DNA of 64,000 nt, from positions 1,736,001 to 1,800,000 of the forward strand of contig CM074517.1 of assembly GCA_037379345.1 (NCBI GenBank), written 5' to 3'. The translations under genes were made by a program, and so were the position numbers. Below are positions 28,291 through 43,580 of this stretch, piece after piece. Positions within the stretch are counted from its first letter, which is position 1. Each line of letters opens with the position of its first letter. Below the pieces are notes generated by a model that worked only from the letters and a program-made list of their open reading frames with translations, did not search any database and was not told the DNA's origin. The stretch is from Perna viridis. Its lineage: Eukaryota.

Positions 28291-31200
28291 CCTCTAGAAT
28301 GCATTTAAACTGTTACATTGAGTGCAGCATGATAAAACTTTAAATGCTTATGAACTAGAAAAACAAATTTGTGGGGAAACCCTATGAATTCTTAAATTAT
28401 TGCTTTGGACTTCAACTAAATTCCTCACAGATGAATCTACCAATAACCTTTTGATTGCAGAATGAAAACTCAAGCTAAGATTTTTAAAAAGTGATCTTTC
28501 AACTAGTGTTCAAGTTTCCACAAGGAAACATAATGACACTGGATATTTTTTATGTCATTATTTTTGATTCCATAATTTATTATGATGTAGAAAATCAAAA
28601 CATACAGACAAGTCATGGAAAAAGTTCTGCTAAGCAAATACCAAATAAATTACTTCTTGCAAAATGAAACTTCTGGTCTTTCATTCCTCTTCTCTTGTAA
28701 TCACCACAGGGTAAAATAAGAAAATGAAAGTAAAAATATCGCTATAAACCAAGATGACATTAATGTGCCCATAGAAGCAGACTTAAGATTTTAATAACAA
28801 CTCTACCCAACCATTACAATACCCAATCTACCAAAGTCATAAAACCATCTGTTTTAACACTTTAATCTATCCATTTTATGAGTAATCCTGACCCTGACTT
28901 CCTCATAAGGATACTAAACTGAAAACTCGGCAATTGATTTCCAGGACCATGTCTATATATAAATGATAAGAAACCATAAATCTTAACAGTTAGTTGAACC
29001 AGGGAATGGGTGCTAAAATCCTAATGTTCATTGATTGTTTTATTGCAGATCTCAACACAAGCCAATAATTAACTGTTGGATTTATTGTCTATCAGGGGGG
29101 CTATGAATTGTTCCTTGTTTTAGTAAACTGATTAGATTTCCTAGACCTTACTACATGTACCTAGGTTCAGGTTATGAATCTTTTTTTATTTGGATAGGGA
29201 ACTGATCAGATACCTGGAGGCCGTGAACTCACTACCAGTGTTCAGATTGTGAATCTTTTATATTTGAAGAGAGAACAGATTAAGAATTCTGAATCCCTAG
29301 AACTCACTACATGTACTTCTGTTCAGCTATTCCTGTTCATGCTGTGTTCATCAGAGAGCTGACAACTTTAACTATTTCTTTGCAAATTTTTCTTCAGGTT
29401 TGGCCACAACCACAAAAACATTTTCTTTTTCTCATGCAATCAGAAACCTTATCTCTAAAATTTCATTGTAACTTACAGAATAAAAACAGAATGTCTATTT
29501 GTAAGCAACTTCTAAAATTTATCAAATTACAATGGAAAAAAGTTCTGCATCTTTTAAAATTTATTACAGGCAATTTTCTGCAGCAGAAATACTTGATATT
29601 TAATATTTTCCTTTTTTTTTTAAATATTTATTACACATCATTAACATATAATTTTGAACACCTGTACATGTAAAGCTACAAGTAATTTCATTTGAGCTAA
29701 TAAAAGTAGATGGCTTTAACAATATTTCAATACTTTAAAGATTACAAATATTTTACTACAAAATATCACATTTACATACATGTAAATATAAATTCCCTAT
29801 ACATGAACAAGAATATAATTTTAAAAATATTTCCACCTTGCACACTTTTTAGTTCCCATTGTCAAGGGAAATAACTGTTGATAAGATATCAGAAACAGAA
29901 ACCTTCAACTAAAATACCATGAACAGATGTTACCACACATAAACCATCCCAATCCATGTTTCAGTATAATAGATTGGTAATAGTAATTTCTATGACGCAT
30001 GTAATTAATGCAAATGCAGGGAAAATGCACCATATTAAACCTTTCTATGATGGGGTATAAAGATGCCAGGAGTACTGCGATAAAAATTATCAAAACCCTG
30101 CCATTGAAATGGAGTTCTGAAGATAAACAATGGCACAGTAGCTTGCTGGTGATACAATGGTTCTGTTTCATGGCCTTGTGATAAAAATGCCACCAATATT
30201 AATCTTCCTATCAAAAACCTATTATCTTTTGACAGTAAGAAACTGAACTTCTGTTTTCAAGTTATCATACAACAAAAAGTTTATAAAAATACATACTACA
30301 TTCATCAATTGTAAAAGAATTTTTCACACATTACATAATAAAATCTCAAAAATAGATCTGTGTACAGTTATACAACTAACTACATCAAATTTAAACAAAC
30401 AAAATGATAGAAAATTTACAAAATTCCAGATGATCAGAGAAAATCAGCATCGTCTCTCATCAGTGTTAGATAAGGTGCATGATCAGTGTTTGAAGGAAGT
30501 GATACACTTGACATTAGCTTGCTTCAAGGTCAACCAGGGCTATTTATCATTGGGTTCTAGGTGTAGGTGTATAGAGAATGGATAAAACAGACAACTAACA
30601 CAATTATCACAATTTGTTAAACAAATTAATCCATAAAGTACACCAATTAACTGTTAATTATGTCTTGTTCTAATCAAAAAGGCGAATGACATAAAGATTA
30701 TTAATAGAATAAGTACAAGGTCACTTCAATACTGGGCGACCTCCCAATATTCCTCTTGTTTTTTATTCCAAGGAGGTATTACAGTGTAGTAGCAAAACAC
30801 TTTTTCTTAAAAAGATTTCTATTTTAAAAATACAAATTGTTTTATGTCACCTGACAGTTCAACAAATAAAGGTACAGTTCTGACCCATCATAAAAAAAAT
30901 CAAGGTCAAGGTCTGACAATGTTCAGCCAAGATATTTTGTCTATCACAGAATAGTCCAAGGTCAAGTCCAACATCAATCATGTCAAAATTTACTTAATGT
31001 CTTGCTACCAACATTTACAGCTTATGACAAAAAATCCAGTTTTGAATTTGAAGAAGTGGTTTAACTAGTCAATTTAGGTTTCCACAAAGTCACCAGACAA
31101 TTAATGTCACTCATTAATACAAGGTTAAGTTATTAGCTAATAATTTCACAAACACAACATTGTCACATCAGTCACCTGCCAACCATTACTATTGAGTTGA

Positions 31201-32331
31201 AACAAGTAGAGATAATTCACCTTAGCTTCAAGGTTAAGGTCAGTACCCTCATTTTTTTCTGTATTGTTGTTGTCCTGGATTTCTGCCTGATTCATTCCTA
31301 GCATTACCAACCTCTGCAGCACCATTCAACGAACAACACTGGAACGGCATATCATAAACAACACAAAATGGGTGTTTATATTTAGTATTTCATGTGACTA
31401 CTGTTACCAGTGAAGGTTTACCAGGTATTTTGGCTGACCTTATGCAGAGGGGAAAACCTAAGCTTTTTCAGACTTTTGTTAACTCTATTTTATGATATAA
31501 CCATACATGTAGATAGTAGATGTATCCTTCCATTGACAGGACTGTTAATCTGCCATCATGAATCAAGTTCAGTAGTGTTGTTTAACTGGCTCTCCGTTCG
31601 TCATTTTTAGTAATTTTTGTATAATTATTTAATATGCAATAGAGTGCACCAAATAATAATAGGTTTTTAATGTGTTTAATTTGTAAGAAATTGATTATGG
31701 ATGATAAGATAATCCAATGTTGGGGTGCTACAGAGTGTGATTTATAGCAGTGATAAAGCCAATCACCCATCATAGATTTATCTTTACACAAGAGCTGAAA
31801 CATTGTTGGAAACGTGAGAATGGTATATACTATAATATGTTATTTCTTAGCTGGAATGGATCCTAGCATCGGTTTTCACAATCATCAAAGAGAAAACAAT
31901 GTCTTTTTTTATAAACACATGGGATGTCATTTCTAGGGTTCTGTAAATTTTTGAATTATTACAGTGTACAATAAATCAGACAAAATTTGCCTCTTGTGAA
32001 AAATTGCTATTCATTATCAGTCAATATTTTAGGCTTCTCTCTTCCAAAACTTTCCCTGGTAAAACTAAATTCTGACAGAGAAAAACATATCTTAATACAT
32101 GAAAATAAAAAAACAACTTTTCATTGCTACCCCTGCAAATATTTCTAATTTGCATGGACTTAAATCATTCACACAGTGACAATGATAACAGTGTCAAAAT
32201 AAGCTACAAGGAGTTTTCAGCATGTTTTGACTTGAGGCAGACATTGCTTTAGTTTTGCTTTAATTGTTTCATGTCTCACAAGATTTCCATGAAACTTGAC
32301 AGACTTGCAGTCATATTGATTGACAATTTTT

Positions 32332-32699
32332 AGATGTTTTATGGTCATCATCATGAACTCTTGGATCATTATGGTGTATCTATCTGCACCATGAAAACTG
32401 ATTTATTCAACGGGTCATAGTTTTCCTTTCCTTGTTTGTCTACCCCGGACTTGACTTTTTATGAGCAACTCGGCGGGTGTTTCTAGAAAAGCAGAGGACA
32501 CTTACCCTACCAGTGCACCTGGTCCATGCTCCCAGTTTTTAGTGGAGTCCGAGTTGCTCATTTGCTTTTGTTACTTTGTATGTATGATTTTAGTTATTTT
32601 ATGTTCTTTGTTGTGTATGTCTGTTTTCCATGACTGGTCTTTGTCCCTGGATTGCATTCTTTTGATTACCGCTATAACCTTGGTTCCCTTGATTACTCT
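32332..32699 (+). mobile_element. 5'-truncated copy of the Penelope-like (Naiad-type) element: RT C-terminus plus 3' region
   Basis: Highly similar to ~60925-61291 (FYG.HHEL...MKTDLFNGS*) with the same 3' end ccttgattactct. Confidence 0.88.
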
Positions 32700-34114
32700 T
32701 TTTGATGTGTACCAAAAAAAAGAGTTAATGTAAAAGCATATATTTTTTTCAAAATCAATACGACTCATCTAGTTATTCCAGTAAAAGCTGATTGTAAAGG
32801 ATCACAATGGTTACATCATAATACAAAACCTTAAAAACAAGAATGCATGGTTATTTTTAAAAGGATTTGTTTTGTTTTGTCAGGTACAACAGGTACTCCT
32901 TTTAAGATGCTATGGGCTAGATGATTTCTTTTTTTTTCCTGATTTTTTACATACCAGTACAAGGCATTTATACAGGAACATATTTGGACTAATATCCGTC
33001 ACTCAAAACTTCCTTACTTTATCTGACTAAGGTAACAATGGGTTATCTCGTATAGATAAAAGAGAGACAATGATAAGTGTCCTTTAAACCACTCATCTTT
33101 AAATGTAGCTCGTTTTAAAAGAAAATCAGGTCAACTGATAACAAAATATGGGAAAAAACAACAAAAATTGATTAAAACATTCAAATCTATAAGCATGGCT
33201 GTTGAAATTTGGTGCATAAAATTGGTAAGGGTAAAGCTACAAAGATACACCATTGTCAAATCCTTAAGGTCTGTATGGTTGTTCGAATCATGCTACATTT
33301 TCAGCTGATATCAAACAGCATTTCAAGATAAAAATAAAGAAGTAGCAGTGACTGTCACTATTTTATCACTTGCTATGAAGAAGCAATGAGAATTTTATTT
33401 AAGTGCTATATATTGTCTTTGTGTAAAACACTGCTCATTCTTTGTGTCACCCACTATAGGAAGTAACGCCTGTAATTGTCATGATAAATACAGTATAGTA
33501 AGCAGTACCAATAGATTCTATGACAACAAAAGACACTTTGCCAGATTCATTGAGAGGTTTTACTAAGCTCCAGAACTATAATAGTCTATCAGCATTGAGA
33601 GCACCCTTATTATGTTCTTTTGTTATGAAAGTCTAGTAAGAAATACCATCATTAAAGCCAGAAATCATGGTATCAAAATCTGGTAAGTTTAAACAATGGA
33701 GCTATTAATTTCATCCCTGTAACCTTCAACCATTTATTAATGTAACCTGTTTCCTTCAACAGAACAATGCAACACAGGTTATATTTGACGTCAAGAAACA
33801 GTAGCACACCAAGATAAATACCAGAATGGCTCTATTTATATCAGAACTGTGGAAGACACGGAAGGCCCATTTGAAAAGGCATTATTATATTGGAACAATC
33901 CTAAACATATTAAATTTAGAAATAAAAGCAAAACCAATAATAAATATCCCTGTTTCATAAGTACACATGTATACAGAATGAGTTTCATGGTAAAAGCTTT
34001 TGGTAGACAACATAAAATCTGTTAAAAATGCTGGTTTAACTATGACCATGATGTAGTAGTGACTTCTAACCAGAGACATTCATATCAAATTATGACTTGA
34101 CCTGATAACTTGAA

Positions 34115-34452
34115 GCTTTCCTGTTATTGTAACTGAATCAACAAAGTAAGTACCAGTTTTCAGGTTTACATTGCAACTAATGACAAGACCAACAAAGTAA
34201 GTACTTAAGATTTCCCGTTGTTGTAACTAATGACAAGACCAACAAAGTAAGTAACTTACAGCTTTCCTGTTGTTGTAACTGATGACAAGACCAACAAAGT
34301 AAGTTACTTACAGCTTTCCCGTTATTGTAACTAGTGACAAGACCAACAAAGTAAATTACTTACAGCTTTCCCGTTATTGTAACTAGTGACAAGACCAACA
34401 AAGTAAGTTACTTACAGCTTTCCCGTTATTGTAACTAGTGACAAGACCAACT
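34115..34452. repeat. 52-bp minisatellite, ~6 copies
   Basis: Unit gctttcccgttattgtaactagtgacaagaccaacaaagtaagttacttaca. Confidence 0.9.
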
Positions 34453-37400
34453 AAGAATAAAAGTCTAGCATTGGACCAATTGTAGATACACTGTGAGCCA
34501 TTGACCATTGGAGTCAGACACATGTAAATCAATTAATAATTAACATTGATAAGTTAATAGTCTTGTATCCATAGACAGTCTTAAGTAGAAAAGCCAGAGT
34601 AACCAGTGGAATATACAGACAGTCTTAAGTAGAGAAGCCAGAGAAACCATAATAAAGCTGGACAGGTGACAAGGAGGTCTAGTAACTAAACATCTGATGC
34701 ATTAAGTCAACATGTCACACTGAGAACTGGTGAAAAATATGTTATACAGAGTACTGACGTCAACAAAAAATGGAATCATTTAGAAATAAGTGAACTTACT
34801 AAAAACTAACCACAACAGCAAAAATGGCTATAGTAACCTAGATTACCATATGTTAATTGAATTTTAGTTAAGTGAACTGGCAACATTGGAGCGTTGGAAA
34901 CCCTTGTACAAAATGGTGTCCGTTTTAGTAGAAAGAGTAGAGAAAACTATTGCACAAAACCGAATCAGGGCAAGAAGCCATTAATAGACAAGGTAGCCAT
35001 GGAAACTGGAGGTTTATTTTACATCAATGAGTCAATGTTTTGGGAAAGCCATCTAACTGAACTGTTGACAGGGTGGTCATGGAATCAGCACAGAGGGGTA
35101 AAATTTTACATTATAAACTAATTGTTTAGTAATCTACCATGAAAAACATATGTTAATTTCTACTTCACTCTTTTTGTTTAGTATACTACTGCTATGATGA
35201 AAGAATTCCTTCAAAAAGTCTGTGAAACACAAATATTGTGTGTAGTAAAGATATCAATAACAACTGTATATCCTCATATGACTCTTCCTATTAGTCATGT
35301 ACAATGTAGAAGGTAGAAGTCATGGATACAACCCATACACTGATTACAATTGTTTCCTTCATGATTTTTTTCAGGTATCTCAAAATATATGGATCATAGA
35401 GATTGCTAGCTCAAAAGAAAAACATTTATGCATTTCCTATTTTTGCTCATTATAATTTTTTTATTTGGAGAGAATTCTCTAAGAGTCATTGCTTAAATCT
35501 GTCATTAAGGGGAGAGCATTCTGCAAAGAGAGATCATGGTAATTGCAAGAAGGAAGAGCATGGTTTAAGAAACATGACCTACATCTGTTATTTAGGTGAG
35601 CACAATTTAATGAACAAAAACACTAATGAAAATATGTAGACAAATAACAACCCAACTGTGTGGAGTAACATTGGTGTTATTGTCATATACCTCTCCAAAC
35701 ATATGGAAAATACATACAACAGCACCACACATGCCAATTATTATAGAGAAATTAAAATTCCAATGCAAGCAGATCTGAAACTCCCTGGTGTTCTATAATA
35801 AATAAAGAATAGAACAGATGTACATACAGAGACTGCCAAATCTAAACAGAAATGTTCTGTAGCTGTTAAAAGTGTACACAACCCACCATGTCCCTGTAGA
35901 TAGAACTGCCAGTTTATACAAACAATCCACATGCTTCACCAGCATCAATGAATGGATGGTTTACTCTTAACTCTCTAGTTTGTAAGTGTGCCCTGAGGCT
36001 GACAGTTTATACAAAAATCAGCATGTTTCTCTGGAATGCAAAAATATCAACTTTGCAAAGGTTAGATCGGTCTACGACTATCATAAATAGACAACAAATG
36101 ATAAGGTGTTCTATCGAAACAGAATCAGGCAGTTTGTCAAAATCACATACAGCAACTCATGGTAGTCCGGTCAAGGTTGTAATAAGTGGTAAAGTACAGA
36201 TATCAAGATATATACAACAAGTACTTCAACAAATCAAATGATACTGACATTAAAGCTAGAAACAACCAGATACAAATTCAAAGATTATCAATAAGAAAGT
36301 ACTGCCAAACCAGTAATGAAACCCAGAGGTGCAGCCAGGCACTGAAGCATGGCACTGAAGACCTCCTTGAAACCATCAAGCCAGCAAACATGAATTTTTT
36401 TTTAACTACTCTGTGTATAAAGATTTTTGACAAAAGTTGTAGTGCCTAGTCTTCAAAGGAACTTCAAACCAGAGACATAAAGACAGATCGATGGTGACAA
36501 AGAGTTTAACAACATGTACATGTATTTAAATACAGCTACTTTTAAGAATCAAGTTTTACATATACAGGATAAAAGGCAAAACAAATTTCGTCAAATGGCT
36601 ATCCATCAAACCAAACCTATCATTTGTCAAGTACAAAAGCAATCTTATCAGTCAATGTTAATGGTTTTTGTCACAGATATTTATATGATTGTTGTTTTTG
36701 CATCAACTTCATTTCATTGTTTAAATTCAATTGAAACATATAAGTTGGATACAAGTCTATATAAGGGAAGATAATTAATCTGAATAAAAAATTTGGGGCA
36801 ATGTTCCCACTAAAAGTGATTAAATTTTTATATTATTTACAACCTTAGTATTTGTTAATATCAAATGGCAGTACTTGACAAATCTGGACGAGGATCAGAG
36901 ATGATTTTATATAATTATGCTTTAAATATTAACAAAAACTTAGAAGTACATTCATTCCAAACCTCCACCCACCAATCATTTAAAAATCAAAATGCAAATA
37001 AATCATTCCTTTCAATATACATTTTTTTTAAATGTCTATGTTATGTAATTATAAAACATCAGCCACAACAAATGTCTAAGGTAAGTGAGTTCACGGAGCT
37101 GCAAATATTATAAAAAAAGCCATTAGTTCTCATACTCCTATAACTATGCAACAGGTTTGTGTTTCATTGTTTTTATAGCTTCATCAGTCACAGACTGTAA
37201 AATTTATTTTTATTCTTATAGTGTAAGGAGGAGATAACTCTAGATAAAAATCCTAAAACATCAAAATTTAAAACTACATTGAAGTTTCATGCCTAGGAAA
37301 ACCTTCTGACACATATCATTATAATCAAAATTTACATGTAAAGCTAAATTACTTGTTTAAAATATCTTTCTAGTAATTATTTGCAAATTTCAGTCATTTG

Positions 37401-39594
37401 AAAATAAATTGAGCATTTCAGGTGGACATAAATTTTTTGATTGATCTTTGAATTGAAACTGTAATCTTCTATCTATAAAGCAAAAGTTGATTTTTACAAT
37501 TTTTGTAAAAATGATTCATCATACAGCCTTTAACTACTAAATATATGTTTTTCATTCATTTTTCCATCTGACCTATTCAATTTTCTGAAAAGTTCTTTCT
37601 CTTCAGACCAAACAGAACAATCACCAACAAGTTCACTGTTTATTATTCAAATCAAAAATAGGATAAGAACTATTTGTATTGTACAATGCAAGATTAAAAA
37701 TTTTAATATTAGCTCTTAAGACCCAACAAAAGACTTGAAAGTGGCCAATCTAAGCATAGCCCCAGCACAACTTCTATAAAAACATTATTTTTCAATTTAA
37801 CTCATTATTCATATACTTAAGATATAATTTACTTTATGAGTTTATATAAACTCAAATATTTTCCTTTCTATATAAAACCACTCCAGCCTTAGAAAACATA
37901 TTTACTCAGCAAACAGCCAACAATAAATCTGTATAGGGTTATATTTGTCACAATCATTGTCCACCAATCAAAAGCCTGTTTACATATGTAACCTATATTT
38001 CATGTGAAAAGTAAATGACAATTCTGTGGCTATTTGTTTTGGTATAGATATGTGAAGGTTTGCCTACAGTCTGTTATTGTTTTATGTCAGTTCTGTTCTG
38101 GGCCACTGATTCACTTAAAGTGTGTATTGGCATCAGAGAAGATTTTAGAAGTGTGAGATATGTTTTATGTCCTAAGGACCATCTTCTGAGTACTTACTGT
38201 TATATTAACATAACAATACTAATGTTTTTGTAACAAATTTATTTCCATGACATGACTACATGTACTCTAGTTTAATCATAGGCATGAATGGTTAACAGTA
38301 CATGTATGTGGCAAAGGGCTTAAAAATATTTTCAATCTAAAGGAAAAATAACCAAATTCCCTAAAATGTTAGATTCTTGTGATCTTTTAAAATTTTTATT
38401 CTTAATTTTATAACCCAGTAAAAAGTTCCCAAACATCCAACACCTGTATTGTTAGGCTATTTTAATGAATAAAGATAAAAAAAGGGCTATTTTAATGAGA
38501 GGCAGTTACCATGATGACACTTTTAAATAATCAATACATTTCCTTTTGAAATAATACATGTATATTCTACAGAAGAAACTCTAAACCAGTATCTTATTTC
38601 AGTGAATTAACTTGTACATTAAAATTCAGTATCTTATTACAATGAACAATCTTTCATGATTGATACATGTAGTAACCATAGCAGTACATGTATTCAGTAT
38701 GTTCTACATTCTTTATTTTGTGGTGAGTTGAATATGCACTTCTGAGGGGTATGGCTTGGGTAGAAAAAAAGAATTTCCTCACAGAAGTGTATGTTTAGCA
38801 TGCTCATTGAGTTCCCCACAGGGTCTATAGTATAGTTGTTGTACATGTATTGATTCTAACTCTATGACAAGCCAATTATGACCAACAAAATAGCCTTTCA
38901 AGAAATTATCACCTTATCCCTATAAAGTAATAGAGATATCTGACCTTTGCAGTATATGGACACAATACATGAACAAATGACATGAAATTGACAAGATCAC
39001 ACCTTTAACGACTTGGGAATGACAGGTAAATAAGGAGGACAATAATAGTAATAATCACCTGTCAGATAAACAGGTGTTCCTGTCTGTCAATCAGGTATAT
39101 AGATAATATTTCATATTCAAATCATTCTCCAGATAAATCTGATGTAAAGAATAGGAATACTCCAATAAGAATGATTCTACATTGTTTATCACCAGACAAA
39201 TGATAGTTTTCAAACCTTTAACACTACTTGTTTTAGTTAAATGTTTCTTTAAATGTTTAGAAATATTTTTTTTATAATTAGGTCTGATTTATTAAATCCA
39301 TGAAAAATTTAATGCCAAATTTATTGAACTTCATTTGAATGTCGTGTGTTGTGCGAATTCAAATAATGAAACTGTAAAATCACATTATTTTTGTCAGACT
39401 TATAATTTTTGTCTGTCAAACTAACAAAACTTGCAATTCCAAAGGACTCTATATTTCACACTGTCTTTTTTTTTCAATCCTTCCTTTTAAAGGAAACCTT
39501 TCCATAACAATTATATTTTTTTCAATTTGTTCAGGTTGGGAAAATGTGTCTGGTTTGTTCAATGTGCAAACAGGTTATGCTGTTAATAGCAATA

Positions 39595-39730
39595 AGATGT
39601 AATAAATGTATTATGTAATAGATGTAACATGTATTTACTGTATTATGTATTACATGTAACATGTATGAACTGTACTATGTAATAAATGTAACATGTAATA
39701 ACTGAACTATGAAATCAATGTAACATGAAA
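39595..39730. repeat. ~32-bp degenerate AT-rich tandem repeat (tgtattatgtaatagatgtaacatgtatttac)
   Basis: About 4 copies, tgtaacatg recurring. Confidence 0.65.
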
Positions 39731-42700
39731 TAGCTGTAACCTGTATACCTCTAGTCATCACACTGTTTCACTGATTCCTTATCATGACTTCCTCCTAACA
39801 CCTAAAGGGCAAACTAAAGGGAACATTAAACACCAAAGGGTTACTGTTGCAGGGTTAAATCCAGATGTTTTTTGCTCTAATCTAGAAAACCTGTCTTTTC
39901 GCTTCCTAATGCCATATATCAGGAAGTATTTATATTGTTCTATTATCTTATAATTAGCATTCCTAAGAGATAAAACAATAAAAAGGTACATAAAACATTT
40001 GACCAATCAAATCAGCTGATTCAGTTTCCCTATTTAATCTTGGTGTTGATAAAACCTGGATCCAAGACTAGGAAATATGTAAAAATAATTCATCATTCAT
40101 TTAAGTTAGTCATCATATAGAAGATGATACTCTAAAAAATCCTACATACAATGTATAGAAATCTTGCAATTAGTATAGAGTTGTCTTCTACAATCATCCA
40201 CATAGCTTTCTTTTGACCATCTAAGACAATGCAATATATTTATATATCATATATTCAGAGTAAAATGTAATTTTTTTGATATGCATTATAGGTGTTTGTT
40301 TCAACTCTATATCGTCCACCCTAGATCGCATACCCTAAATCAAACCTCCAGACCTATATTGCATCCCTTCACAGAACATACTTGGAGTATGGTTAAAATA
40401 TATGATATAATGAATATGACATGTTTAAATCCATATCACATGGGTTGATACAGCATGTGATACAGACCTTGACATGTACAGAAATGTATCAGAATATCTA
40501 ATGTTAATAGGATTAAAGATACAGTATAAGTTTGTAGCAATGTACTTTTAAATATTCCCAGGATTCATAAAATTATTTGAGATGACTGACCCTTCTCAGA
40601 CCACACCATAATCTTTAAAATCAAGGACACTGACCAAGCCTTGTGAAGATTAGGACAATGGTTAAGCTTTTATGATCATAAATTTGTCACAATAACCATG
40701 TCCAAATAGTGCAAGGGCCATCATTATAAATACAGACTAATTGAACAAATGATTCATGAAACCAGTCTGGGCCACATCTCTGACCATACATAACATCAAA
40801 TTAACTAACAGTATAAAATTGACTTAACAAGCTATGATAGAGGTTTTAAAGGACATTATGACATCAATTGGATCAAACAATCAGAAAGGTTATAATCAGT
40901 TACTAATAATGTAAACATAGATATTTGTATACATTTCAATTAACATGAGGACATAGCTAACAAGTTTACAGCACCTAGATGATTGTGACAATTTATTGTT
41001 GACATGGAGAATTGTTTTGTTTGGGACCGTTGTACCTACAGTATCTGTTCTTTGTGTTTATGAGAGTAGTGGGTTATAACCCAATCATGTTTTTGGCCCG
41101 GTGTGCCTGGTATAAACTGGTAAACCTTACAGTACCAGTATTTTTTTTAAAAATTACCTCTACTTTACAAAAAAATTGAAAGACAGGGCCAGATTTTGTG
41201 ATAATGGATTCTAATATACAAGAAAACATACACATGGCAATTTCAAGAGAACCTGCAGCATTTTACATGGTCAGTTTTTATGTGGAATGACTTTAACCTA
41301 AATAGCTACCAGAGAAAACATTTTTTTTTTTTTTTAAAGCAATCTGAATGAAGTTAAAAATTGATTTTTGTGTCTATAGATATTGAATTTCTGGACTAAT
41401 TTTAGAGTGAAGCAGAACCATGCAATTAGTGACTTAGATTGCTTATCATGATTACACCAGCCTTCCATATAGACTTGAGACTAACGACAAGCTGATTTAC
41501 CAACTATGTCTCTCATTAAAACTCCCTACGCTGATCCCTTCATTAATTATTCTCTATAAGTTTTAACGAATACATCCTTCAGCCAAGCCATCGTGCCTGA
41601 GGACACCAGAAAAAATAAATCTCTATCGTTACGTGATGATTTAATCAATAGTACTGCCATAATTATTCCAGTTTCCAGGTAATTGAGAGATTTAAGGTCC
41701 AAAACATTTTTTATAGAAAATCTATTTTCTTGGATTAAGTTCCGACGTCTTTTCCGTAAAAATCCACAATATATCATGTTTTTCTATTGATTCATAAACA
41801 ATCACAGAGACGACTCCCAGAATTCACAATGAGAATTGTGTGATTATCCTGCCATAAAAATTCATGACTTTACACTTAAGTTCCAATAAAATCCTTCCAA
41901 CCTAGAGCCATCAACCCTGCACTCCTAAATTTACAGCCATTTCACACTCTCTACAATCCTGAGTTTTTAGACAAATAGAAGTGAATTTACATGTAGACTA
42001 AGCGTACATTCTATAGTACTGAATGTAAGGACATGTATAACTGTACATATCTGCTGAAGTACTGGTTCATTCTCACTTTTGGGCCCTAACCAACAGGGTT
42101 TGTTATAAGACAAAGCAAAGAAACAGTAAGCAGAACTAGAGATTGTAACAGTTGGTCAATAAAATAGAAACCAAATATAATAGACCTTAAGCTGTAGAAT
42201 GACCTATGCTGGTTGTCCAATGCATGACTGATGAGATACATGCAGGGGCATAGTGGACAACATCAGCCACATTATTAATAATCATTTGTGGTAAAAGCAT
42301 GGTATAGCTGAAAGTTACATTAAATAAATATATATATTAAAAAAGGTTTTCGCACAGCCACCCTCTACTTGGCAAGTTGTATAGCTTGCCATACTAATAC
42401 AAATTCAGCTAGGAGCTATAACACTAATACATTGCATTCACACATTCCGAAAATGGAATAAGTATCTTGTAGAAGTAGTTTGAAAGTATGGTTTTGAAGG
42501 GTAAGTGTACAATCTCATCACAAGGAGTAATGACAATTTGTCTACATTTGATATACAGCTTACTGTTTTTGTTAATATTTTGTCTCTTTGTGATTGATAA
42601 ATTGTTCTTTTAGTTATGGCAAATTATCACTTTGCAATTACAAAGCTTTTCCATATAAACCTACTTGAAAGGCTTAAAAAGCTTGATCCACTTCAAGTCC

Positions 42701-43147
42701 CTTCCGTAAATGGGCTCATCATCAATTCAATAAGTAATAACTACCTAAGGAATCCTCTTACATGTACATAGAACACCTGTAATCATTACATGTAACATTT
42801 TAATTATCACCTCACACTCCCAACAGGTGTTTCTTAGCACCTGTCATCAGATTCTGGCATTTATAATCAATAACTGTATGATTGATAACAGATACTGGTG
42901 AGATACAATAAACTTGTGAAAAATCAAATTCCACCACTATAGTCAGTAGAGAATCAACATCTCATCCACATTTTAGATTCAGAAATTACTGAGAAAATAT
43001 ACAGTATGATTGCAATAGTTCAAACTTGCACTATGAAATGCTTGCCATAACTGAAGTTTGAAATAAAGAAGGAGGTGAATTCTAAAATGATAACAAAGTC
43101 AAAGTTGCTCCTTATTAACAAAGCCAAATAATACAGTTTAGAACAAA

Positions 43148-43580
43148 GGCCACATCAAGTTAATTTATAGATTCTCATCCACCAGCAACTAAAAAAATGG
43201 GGTGGGTGGGATGATTTTATTTTTTATTTTTCCAAGATTTGTAAAATCTTATTCCTGCTGACAAATTCTATAAAGAAATCCTGGATATGTGTACTTTCGG
43301 TCATGTTTGTTCCATACCAAGGCTTTATTTCTGTAATGTGACTAACAACGAAAACCACACAGATATTCCATTAACATACATCATGTTATTCTTGTTACTC
43401 TTTTTTTAACCAGAAGTCTATAGTATTGTGTTTAAGCAGAGTCCTGAGGGACAGGGACATAAAAGAAATCTAGACATTTGAACCAATATAAAAAATCCAA
43501 AAAAAAAAAAAAAATTCAGGTGGGCCCTTTTGAGCAGGGGCAGGCGGGGATGAGAATCTACAAATTAATTTGATGTAGCC
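43148..43580. mobile_element. MITE (433 bp), PIF/Harbinger-like
   Basis: ~33-bp TIRs GGCCACATCAAGTTAATTTATAGATTCTCATCC and GGATGAGAATCTACAAATTAATTTGATGTAGCC, with 3-bp AAA on both flanks. Confidence 0.8.

Noticed and set aside
32461-32768. ORFs MSNSAGVSRKAEDTYP... (also 61028-61330 and 62549-62755) as a small gene family
   Set aside because: They lie in the non-coding 3' region of the three PLE copies, and the open frames differ among copies.
35948-37113. Run of adjacent + strand ORFs of 80-100 aa
   Set aside because: No motifs, no consistent splice structure, and lengths compatible with chance.
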